DNA of 64,000 nucleotides. Source: an uncultured Candidatus Saccharibacteria bacterium. GTDB taxonomy: Bacteria; Patescibacteriota; Doudnabacteria; UBA920. Every line of letters starts with the position of its first letter. Within the stretch, counting starts at the first letter, position 1. Location of the stretch: positions 319,361 through 383,360 of the forward strand of contig CAZVXT010000001.1 of assembly GCA_964631145.1 (NCBI GenBank), in the 5' to 3' direction. Under the pieces are notes generated by a model that saw only the letters and a list, made by a program, of their open reading frames with translations, did no database searches and was not told the origin of the DNA. A program made the position numbers and the translations under genes. Positions 57,448 through 64,000 of the stretch are shown here, one piece after another.

Positions 57448-58089
57448 ATGAAAGTAACTATTTACAATCAGAACGCGGAAAGCGTTGGTGAAATCGAAGT
57501 CAATGACAAGATTTTTGCAGTAAAGCCAAGTATTCACCTTTTAGCAGAAGCGGTTAGAATCCAAGCTTCAAACGCGCGCAAGGGTCTTGCTCATACTAAG
57601 ACTCGCGGTGAGGTTTCTGGTGGTGGTAAAAAGCCATGGAAGCAAAAAGGTACTGGACGTGCTCGTGCTGGTTCTACTCGTAGTCCTATTTGGAGACATG
57701 GTGGTATCACTTTTGGTCCTCGTAGCGACCGTAACTGGAGCTTAAAGATTAATAAAAAAGCTAAAACTAAAGCTTTGTTTATGTCTCTAAGTGATAAAGT
57801 CAAAGATGGCAAATTAATTATCGTTGAAGGTCTAAACTTAGACACTCCAAAGACTAAAGAGTTTGTTAAAGTAATGACTGCTTTCCATGCCAAGCTTAAA
57901 GATTTGGGTAAGAAGCAAATGATGATTCTTCCTAAAAAAGATGAAAGCTTGGTTAGAGCAAGTCGTAACTTACAAGAAGTTAATACAGTATTAGCAACTA
58001 GCTTGAATGTTACAGATGTACTTAAAGCAGATAGCTTAATTGTTACTAAAGAGAGTTTACCTCTTATCGAAAAAACTTATTTAAAGTAA
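57448..58089 (+). CDS. rplD: 50S ribosomal protein L4
   Basis: KTRGEVSGGGKKPWKQKGTGRARAGS. Confidence 0.95.
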   Translation: MKVTIYNQNAESVGEIEVNDKIFAVKPSIHLLAEAVRIQASNARKGLAHTKTRGEVSGGGKKPWKQKGTGRARAGSTRSPIWRHGGITFGPRSDRNWSLKINKKAKTKALFMSLSDKVKDGKLIIVEGLNLDTPKTKEFVKVMTAFHAKLKDLGKKQMMILPKKDESLVRASRNLQEVNTVLATSLNVTDVLKADSLIVTKESLPLIEKTYLK

Positions 58090-58093
58090 AGAA

Positions 58094-58495
58094 ATGGCAA
58101 TATTTTCTAAAAAACAGAATAATGAAGACGAGGTAGAGAATACAGATGCAGTTGCAGAAAATTCTACCGAAGCTCAAAATCCAGTTATGATTGATGTTGC
58201 AGCAAATGGATTGGGAAATAAAGGATTAGTTTTACCAAGATTGTCCGAAAAAGCTGGATTCCTTGGTAAAGTAAACCAATATGTATTTACTATCCACGGT
58301 AACTTAAATAAGATTGAGGTTCGTAGTGCAATCGAAAAGATGTATGGAGTAAAAATTGCAAATATTAATATGATTAATGTTGCAGGAAAAACTCGTCGTT
58401 ACGGAGCTACTAAAGGTAAGAAATCCGACTATAAAAAAGCAGTTGTTACCTTGACAGCTAATAGTAAAAAGATTGATCTAGTAGAACCTAGCTAG
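58094..58495 (+). CDS. rplW: 50S ribosomal protein L23 with a 35-aa acidic N-terminal extension
   Basis: The L23 core is LVLPRLSEKA...KTRRYGATKGKKSDYKKAVVTL. An internal ATG (MIDVA) would give a canonical length. Confidence 0.9.
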   Translation: MAIFSKKQNNEDEVENTDAVAENSTEAQNPVMIDVAANGLGNKGLVLPRLSEKAGFLGKVNQYVFTIHGNLNKIEVRSAIEKMYGVKIANINMINVAGKTRRYGATKGKKSDYKKAVVTLTANSKKIDLVEPS

Positions 58496-58505
58496 GAAAA
58501 TTCCA

Positions 58506-58600
58506 TTTTTGATTATCTACTTTGTTCTTTTCTGAAAAAATTTGTCGACGTAACAGCTATTACGCTTCCAAATTTTTTCAGAAAACCCCTAGTATATAAT
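58506..58600 (+). repeat. extended-hairpin intergenic repeat, copy B (rplW-rplB spacer)
   Basis: It has the same 17-bp outer stem as copy A (about 58528-58544 and 58569-58585). The apex TCGA-CGTAA-CAGCTA-TTACG-CTTC is the reverse complement of A's apex. Confidence 0.7.
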
Positions 58601-58659
58601 TCAAAAATAAAATTTTCTTAAAGGTTGAATTTTTAAATAACTTTATCTCACTAAATTAA

Positions 58660-59502
58660 ATGGCAGTTAAATTATACAAACCAACATCACCAGGACGACG
58701 TATTTCTAGCGTTACTGATTACTCTGTGCTTGATAAGCAAGAAAAGACTCCAAAGTCATTGATTGTTTATAAAGGACGCACAGCCGGTCGCAATAACTCT
58801 GGAAAAATTACCGTAAGACATCATGGTGGTGGGGCTCGTAAGAAAATTCGTTTAGTTGATTTTACAAGAGCAGATCGCAAAAATATTCCTGGAAAAGTAA
58901 AGACTGTAGAATATGATCCAACTCGCACAGCGTTTATTTCTTTAATCTCTTATAACGATGGTGTAAAGCGTTTTATCTTAACACCTCAAGGATTAAAAGT
59001 TGGTGATACAGTAATGTATGGTGAAACAGCAGAAATTCACCCAGGTAATCGTTTGCCAATTAGCAATATTCCAGTTGGAACTTTTATTCACGATGTTGAG
59101 TTGGTTCCAGGTCATGGTGGCAAATTGGCTCGCAGTGCTGGAAGCAGTGTGTTGTTGCAAAATACTGAAGGCGGCTATGCTTTTCTAAAATTACCATCAG
59201 GTGAAATCAGAAAAGTAAGAGAAACCTGCAGCGCTACAATTGGCTCACTTTCAAATGCAGACTGGATGAATGTAAGAATTGGTAAAGCTGGACGTATGCG
59301 TCACATGGGTGTTCGCCCATCAGTTCGTGGTAAAGTAATGAACCCAGTTGATCACCCTCATGGTGGTGGTGAAGGTCAAAACTCTATTGGTATGAAATAT
59401 CCTAAGACTCCTTGGGGTAAGCATGCACTTGGTGTTAAGACTCGTTTGAAGAAAAAAGCCTCTAACAAATTTATTGTTAAGCGTCGTACTAAAAAGAAGT
59501 AA
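58660..59502 (+). CDS. rplB: 50S ribosomal protein L2
   Basis: PTSPGRR and the [16 protein letters not shown] signature. Confidence 0.96.
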   Translation: MAVKLYKPTSPGRRISSVTDYSVLDKQEKTPKSLIVYKGRTAGRNNSGKITVRHHGGGARKKIRLVDFTRADRKNIPGKVKTVEYDPTRTAFISLISYNDGVKRFILTPQGLKVGDTVMYGETAEIHPGNRLPISNIPVGTFIHDVELVPGHGGKLARSAGSSVLLQNTEGGYAFLKLPSGEIRKVRETCSATIGSLSNADWMNVRIGKAGRMRHMGVRPSVRGKVMNPVDHPHGGGEGQNSIGMKYPKTPWGKHALGVKTRLKKKASNKFIVKRRTKKK

Positions 59503-59515
59503 TATTTGATTAATA

Positions 59516-59821
59516 ATGTCTCGAAGTTTAAAAAAAGGTCCATATATAGATCCCCGAGTACTTAAAAAAGTACTTGCTGCAAAGCCTGGTGACAAGATAA
59601 AAACTTGGTCTAGAGCTTGCAGTATTTCCCCAGAAATGGTGGGTCATACTTTCGCTGTGCATAATGGCCGTACTTTTATCGATGTGTATGTTTCAGAAAA
59701 CATGGTCGGTCATAAGTTAGGCGAATTCTCACCAACCCGTAAGTTTATTGGTCATGGTGGTAAGATGGCGAAAGAGCAAGCAGCTGCTAAAGCGGCTCCA
59801 GCTCCAGCAAAAAAGAAGTAA
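59516..59821 (+). CDS. rpsS: 30S ribosomal protein S19 with a short Ala/Lys-rich C-terminal extension
   Basis: [11 protein letters not shown]...HNGR...GHKLGEF. Confidence 0.95.
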   Translation: MSRSLKKGPYIDPRVLKKVLAAKPGDKIKTWSRACSISPEMVGHTFAVHNGRTFIDVYVSENMVGHKLGEFSPTRKFIGHGGKMAKEQAAAKAAPAPAKKK

Positions 59822-59844
59822 TTTAATCAATTCAATTATAGTTA

Positions 59845-59900
59845 GTAGAAAGTAAAGTAGAGAACGGAAAATCTTTCTATATTCTACTTTACCTTCTACT
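59845..59900 (+). repeat. 17-bp inverted repeat in the rpsS-rplV spacer
   Basis: GTAGAAAGTAAAGTAGA pairs with TCTACTTTACCTTCTAC (1 mismatch) around a 22-nt loop. Confidence 0.55.
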
Positions 59901-59916
59901 TACTAAATGTAAATTT

Positions 59917-60477
59917 ATGGCCGAAAAGTCAGTACAATCTAATAAGCTCGTTAAGGCTCACGCAAGAAACCTTCGTATCTCTCCTCGCAAGCTTAGATTA
60001 TTAACAAATCTAGTAAAGCAAAAAAATGCTGAACAAGCATTAATGCAACTCCAATTTGCTAATAAAAAAGGCGCGGACATGGTTACTAAGTTGTTACAAT
60101 CTGCATTAGCCAATGCTCGTAATAACTTCTCTATGGATCCAGCCCGCATGTTCATTAAGTCTATTACTGCAGATATGGGTCCTGTGCTCAAAAGATCTTT
60201 TCCAAGAGCACGTGGTAGTGCATTCCTTATTCGTCGCAAGTTGTCTCATTTAAGCGTTGTCTTAGAAGAAGCAGCTTTGCCAAAGAAGTCTGTACCTGTT
60301 AAAAAAGCTGCAGCTAAAACTAAAGCAACTCCAGTAAAGACTAAAGAAGGTACAGTAGGTTTGCCAAAAGAGTCATCTAAGAAAATTACTCGAGGCAGCA
60401 AGGCTTCAGAAGTTCATCACGAAAATGAATCATCTAAGCGCGCGCAAGAAACTAGCAATCAGAATTTAGTAAAATAA
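59917..60477 (+). CDS. rplV: 50S ribosomal protein L22 with a 70-aa Lys-rich C-terminal extension
   Basis: ARNLRISPRKLRL...MGPVLKRSFPRARGSAF is the L22 core. It is followed by ALPKKSVPVKKAAAKTKATPVKTK... Confidence 0.92.
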   Translation: MAEKSVQSNKLVKAHARNLRISPRKLRLLTNLVKQKNAEQALMQLQFANKKGADMVTKLLQSALANARNNFSMDPARMFIKSITADMGPVLKRSFPRARGSAFLIRRKLSHLSVVLEEAALPKKSVPVKKAAAKTKATPVKTKEGTVGLPKESSKKITRGSKASEVHHENESSKRAQETSNQNLVK

Positions 60478-60493
60478 TTTTTATTAATTAATT

Positions 60494-61126
60494 ATGGGTC
60501 ATAAGATAAATCCAACATCATTAAGACTAAAAGTGACTGACACTTGGAAATCCAAATGGTTTTCCAAAGCAAACTATGCTGAGCAGTTAAAAGAAGATAT
60601 CAAGATTCGTTCTTATTTAGAACTTCATCTTCGCAAAGCAGGTTTAAGTCGCATTGACATCGAACGTCTAAACGACGGTGTGGTAACTATAGTAATTCAT
60701 ACCAGCAAGCCTGGTGTGATTAATAGAGGTACTGGTGTCGAAGAGCTTAAGAAGAGACTAAAAGATAAAGTCGGGATTCGCAAAGAAATTCGCGTAAGAG
60801 TTGAAGCTGTTGTAAACATGAATTTGTCAGCTCAAGTTATCGCTAATAATATTGCGGAACAAATCGAAAAGCGCGCTGCTTTTAGACGCTTAATGAAGCA
60901 AACATTAGAACAAGTTATGCAATCTGGCGCTAAAGGTGTAAAGGTTGCTATCGGTGGACGTTTGAATGGTGCAGAAATTGCTCGTACAGAACACTTGTCT
61001 GCTGGTAAAATTCCTCTTCATACCATTCGTGCAGATATCGACTTTGCTCGTTCTACTGCTCATACCACTTATGGAACTATTGGTATAAAAGTGTGGATTT
61101 ATCGCGGCGACATCTTTAAGAAATAA
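60494..61126 (+). CDS. rpsC: 30S ribosomal protein S3
   Basis: MGHKINPTSLRL with the KH domain and S3 C-terminal domain. Confidence 0.95.
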   Translation: MGHKINPTSLRLKVTDTWKSKWFSKANYAEQLKEDIKIRSYLELHLRKAGLSRIDIERLNDGVVTIVIHTSKPGVINRGTGVEELKKRLKDKVGIRKEIRVRVEAVVNMNLSAQVIANNIAEQIEKRAAFRRLMKQTLEQVMQSGAKGVKVAIGGRLNGAEIARTEHLSAGKIPLHTIRADIDFARSTAHTTYGTIGIKVWIYRGDIFKK

Positions 61127-61140
61127 GTACTCTAATTTTG

Positions 61141-61245
61141 AAGAATTGCTTTGTTATTTTTTCAAAAGAATTGTCGTCGTAAAAAGTATTACGCCTCCAA
61201 TTCTTTTGAAAAAAATGCCTCGCACTTCATTCAAAATTAAAGCAC
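61141..61245 (+). repeat. extended-hairpin intergenic repeat, copy C (rpsC-rplP spacer)
   Basis: The 17-bp outer stem TTTTTTCAAAAGAATTG/CAATTCTTTTGAAAAAA (61157-61173 and 61198-61214) carries compensatory changes relative to A and B. The inner CGTAA-AAAGTA-TTACG and the shared tail CACTTCATTCAAAA are present. Confidence 0.7.
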
Positions 61246-61345
61246 TCAATAATAGTCAGTTATATTATTTTTAACAAAGTTTTCCAACTGTATAAAAATA
61301 AATCATTCAAGACATATCGTTTTTTTATAGACAAAATTTTAAATT

Positions 61346-61753
61346 ATGTTAATTCCTAAGAAAGTAAAACACCGTAAACATCATCGCGGTAATAATAAAG
61401 GTAAAGCTACTTCTGGTAATTTTATTGCTTTTGGCTCATTTGCGCTTAAAGCGTTAGAAGGATCATTTGTAACTGCTCGCCAAATAGAATCTGCTCGCCG
61501 TGCGATGACTCGTAGTGTCCAACGCGGTGGTAAAATCTGGATCAGAGTATTTCCTGACAAGCCAGTTACAGATCACGGAAACGAATCTGTGATGGGTAGC
61601 GGTAAAGGTGCAGTTTCTCATTTCGTAGCTGTTGTAAAAAAAGGTCGCATCATGTTTGAAATGGACGGTGTTACCGAAGCTCAAGCTCGCGAAGCTATGA
61701 GACTAGCAGCTCATAAGTTACCAGTCAGAACTAAATTCCTGATCAAGGAATAA
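61346..61753 (+). CDS. rplP: 50S ribosomal protein L16
   Basis: [15 protein letters not shown], the L16 N-terminus. Confidence 0.95.
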   Translation: MLIPKKVKHRKHHRGNNKGKATSGNFIAFGSFALKALEGSFVTARQIESARRAMTRSVQRGGKIWIRVFPDKPVTDHGNESVMGSGKGAVSHFVAVVKKGRIMFEMDGVTEAQAREAMRLAAHKLPVRTKFLIKE

Positions 61754-61788
61754 GGTTAAATCATTTATTTCCCAAGTTTATAATAAGT

Positions 61789-61971
61789 ATGAAATTTAAA
61801 GAACTTACAACTAAATCAGTTGATGAATTGAAGAAAGATCTTGCGGGTATGCAAGAAAAGCTTCAAAATCTCAAACTTAAGACCAAGCTTGGTCAAACTA
61901 AGAATGTACGCGAAGGTCGTCAATTAAAAAAGGACATCGCTAGAATATTAACTCATTTTAGAGCAAACTAA
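61789..61971 (+). CDS. rpmC: 50S ribosomal protein L29
   Basis: 60 aa with the L29 helical pattern, in the conserved position. Confidence 0.9.
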   Translation: MKFKELTTKSVDELKKDLAGMQEKLQNLKLKTKLGQTKNVREGRQLKKDIARILTHFRAN

Positions 61972-62210
61972 TGTCAAGTATTAAACAACAATTAACCGGC
62001 ACAGTCGTATCTAACAAAATGGATAAAACTGTTGTTGTCAAAGTGGATATTCGCAAGCGTCATCCTAAGTATCATAAGAGTTATACTAAGTCATATAAGT
62101 ATAAGGCTCATGATGAAGAGAATGCTTATGAAATTGGCGATAAGGTTGTAATCGAAAGTACAAAACCTTTAAGTCGTGATAAGAATTTCACTGTAGTAAA
62201 GAAAGCTTAA
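61971..62210 (+). CDS. rpsQ: 30S ribosomal protein S17
   Basis: [18 protein letters not shown]... Confidence 0.93.
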   Translation: MSSIKQQLTGTVVSNKMDKTVVVKVDIRKRHPKYHKSYTKSYKYKAHDEENAYEIGDKVVIESTKPLSRDKNFTVVKKA

Positions 62211-62259
62211 CTTTATAATATTAATTTGTTATTCGTAACTATTTCTAATTGGTAAATCT

Positions 62260-62631
62260 ATGTTACAAGTTCGTTCATTAATCAAAATTGCAGACAATAC
62301 TGGTGCGAAGATCGTAAACGTTTTCTCTGTTAACGGAAAAAACGCACGCCGCTTTGCTCGCGTTGGAGATATTATTGCTGGATCTGTACGTCAAGTAAGT
62401 CCTGGCGGTAGTGTTAAAAAAGGTGATAAGGTATACGCTGTAATCGTTCGTACCAGAAAAGAAATTCGTCGCAGCGATGGTTCTTATATCCGCTTTGATG
62501 AAAACGCTGGTGTGTTAGTAGATAAAGAAAAAGGTGAACCTAAGGGAACCCGTATCTTTGGTCCGATTCCTCGTGAAGTACGTGATGCAGGATTTACTAA
62601 AATCGCTTCATTAGCACCAGAGGTAATTTAA
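62260..62631 (+). CDS. rplN: 50S ribosomal protein L14
   Basis: [17 protein letters not shown]. Confidence 0.96.
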   Translation: MLQVRSLIKIADNTGAKIVNVFSVNGKNARRFARVGDIIAGSVRQVSPGGSVKKGDKVYAVIVRTRKEIRRSDGSYIRFDENAGVLVDKEKGEPKGTRIFGPIPREVRDAGFTKIASLAPEVI

Positions 62632-62671
62632 TCCATTAAACAAGTTATAGTAACTATTTATTTTTATTAAA

Positions 62672-62995
62672 ATGTCACAGATCAAGTTTAAAATTAAGAA
62701 AGGCGATACCGTTAAGATTTTAGCAGGTAAAGACAAGGGTAAGACTGGTAAAGTTTTGCGCGTGTTAAAAGACGCTGGACGTGTTGTTGTAGAAGGTGTG
62801 AATATTCATACTAAATTCGTCAAAGCTCGTCGTGCTGGTCAACCAGGACAAAAAGTTACCTTACCAAGCGCTTTGCATGTCTCCAATGTAATGATTGTAG
62901 ATCCAAATTCTGGAAAGCCTTCACGTGTTGGTTACCAAATTCTTGATAACGGTGATAAACAACGTATTGCTAAGGCAAGTGGAAAGGCAATATAA
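62672..62995 (+). CDS. rplX: 50S ribosomal protein L24
   Basis: KIKKGDTVKILAGKDKGKTGKVLRV, the KOW motif. Confidence 0.95.
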   Translation: MSQIKFKIKKGDTVKILAGKDKGKTGKVLRVLKDAGRVVVEGVNIHTKFVKARRAGQPGQKVTLPSALHVSNVMIVDPNSGKPSRVGYQILDNGDKQRIAKASGKAI

Positions 62996-62999
62996 GCAT

Positions 63000-63554
63000 A
63001 TGAACAGATTACAAGAACAATACAATAAATCAATTGCCTCACAGCTTAAAGAAAAATTTGGTTATAAGAATGTGATGGCTGTTCCTAAAGTAAAGTCTAT
63101 AACGCTTAATATCGGTGTTGGTAAGTACATAAAAGATGGACGCTATATGGAATCTATTAAAAAAGATTTAACAGCATTGGCTGGACAAGCTCCAGTAGAA
63201 ACCAAAGCTCGCCAATCTATTGCAGGTTTCAAAATTCGCGAAAACCAAGTAGTAGGATTTACAGTAACACTTCGCGGTAAGCGCATGTATGACTTCTTAG
63301 ACAAACTTATTTCTGTTGCATTTCCTAGAGTAAAAGACTTTAGAGGTGTATCAAAAAAAGGTTTTGATGGTCGCGGTAACTATAACTTAGGTCTTAAAGA
63401 ACATATTGTGTTCCCAGAAATTTCTAATGAAGCTTTGGAACACATCTTCGGACTTCAAGTTACTATTACTACAACTGCAGGTCAAGATGAACCTGCTTAC
63501 GAATTACTTAAAATGATGAACTTCCCTTTCAAGGAAGCGAAAGACAATAATTAA
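63000..63554 (+). CDS. rplE: 50S ribosomal protein L5
   Basis: The ATG at 63000 ([10 protein letters not shown]...[15 protein letters not shown]) is preferred over the track's earlier start, which overlaps rplX. Confidence 0.93.
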   Translation: MNRLQEQYNKSIASQLKEKFGYKNVMAVPKVKSITLNIGVGKYIKDGRYMESIKKDLTALAGQAPVETKARQSIAGFKIRENQVVGFTVTLRGKRMYDFLDKLISVAFPRVKDFRGVSKKGFDGRGNYNLGLKEHIVFPEISNEALEHIFGLQVTITTTAGQDEPAYELLKMMNFPFKEAKDNN

Positions 63555-63559
63555 TATTT

Positions 63560-63754
63560 ATGGCAAAGAAATCTTTAATCGCAAAAGCTAATAGAAGTTT
63601 AAAGAAACCTAAATTCTCAACTCGAGTAATTAGGCGCTGCTTTAAATGTGGTCGTAAAGCTGCTTATATGAGAGATTTTCATCTCTGCCGTATATGTTTT
63701 AGAGAGTTAGCTAGCCGTGGAGAAATCCCTGGTGTAGTTAAAGCCTCTTGGTAA
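63560..63754 (+). CDS. rpsN: 30S ribosomal protein S14, Zn-binding type Z
   Basis: 64 aa with CFKCGR...CRIC. Confidence 0.93.
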   Translation: MAKKSLIAKANRSLKKPKFSTRVIRRCFKCGRKAAYMRDFHLCRICFRELASRGEIPGVVKASW

Positions 63755-63783
63755 GTTTAAGCTAAAGTTATTTATTAATTACT

Positions 63784-64000
63784 ATGTACACAGATCCAAT
63801 TTCTGACATGTTAACTCGCATTCGCAATGCACTGGCTTCTCGAAAGCAAGAGCTAGTTTTGCCATACTCTAAGTTTAAGCACAACTTGGCTAACTTGCTT
63901 CTTTCAGAAGGTTTTATTAGCGGAGTAAACGAATTACCAGGTCGCTTCAAAACATTACAAATCAACCTTAAGTATTCTAGTGACGGCAGCCCTGCAATTA
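63784..64000 (+). CDS. rpsH: 30S ribosomal protein S8 (N-terminal part, runs off the window)
   Basis: MYTDPISDMLTRIRNA, the S8 N-terminus. Confidence 0.9.
   Translation, partial: MYTDPISDMLTRIRNALASRKQELVLPYSKFKHNLANLLLSEGFISGVNELPGRFKTLQINLKYSSDGSPAI

Noticed and set aside
58184-58495. Shorter L23 starting at the internal MIDVA methionine
   Set aside because: It is possible, but there is no Shine-Dalgarno before that ATG, whereas the 58094 ATG is positioned for coupling to the rplD stop. The longer form is kept with a note.
63768-63965. Minus-strand ORF antisense to rpsH
   Set aside because: It sits inside a highly conserved r-protein gene on the opposite strand.

Overview
This 64 kb window is an AT-rich bacterial chromosomal segment (roughly one-third G+C by eye) read with the standard genetic code. 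Genes are densely packed, GGAGG-type Shine-Dalgarno sites are common, and some starts are TTG or GTG. Housekeeping genes dominate. They include rpsO-pnp, tgt, glyQS, an M24 peptidase, an M16 peptidase, nfo, an AI-2E transporter, metG, tatD, leuS, glyA, uppP, a single tRNA-Leu(CAA) with encoded CCA, parB and dut. An 8.5 kb co-directional operon runs from dut to a UbiA prenyltransferase and includes a DUF2207 protein, an MBL hydrolase and a crtI/crtB/polyprenyl-synthase/UbiA isoprenoid cluster. Downstream are rpmB, an M50 protease, the str operon (rpsL-rpsG-fusA...tuf) and the S10/spc ribosomal-protein operon (rpsJ to rpsH). Several ribosomal proteins carry terminal extensions and S14 is the Zn-type. 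Together with the small hypothetical genes and the tRNA-encoded CCA, this fits a small-genome, possibly CPR/Patescibacteria-like organism, but I cannot assign a lineage from sequence alone. The normally contiguous str and S10 operons are interrupted in three places. Two antisense small membrane-protein genes sit between rpsG and fusA. A 6.5 kb island of hypothetical genes lies between fusA and tuf. It contains a tandem paralog pair, a MOSC protein and a YefM-like N-terminal domain fused to an acidic tail. A further 2.6 kb island lies between tuf and rpsJ. Four homologous extended-hairpin elements occupy spacers inside the ribosomal-protein operons. They show compensatory stem changes, and one copy has an inverted apex. 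Other points of interest are a strongly promoted, GC-enriched 400-nt leader or ncRNA candidate ending in a terminator just before tgt, a two-hairpin structured region downstream of leuS, a degenerate 5' half-copy of the tRNA 80 bp upstream of tRNA-Leu, and an RGG/His-rich C-terminal tail on PNPase. I found no CRISPR array, rRNA, transposase or integrase.
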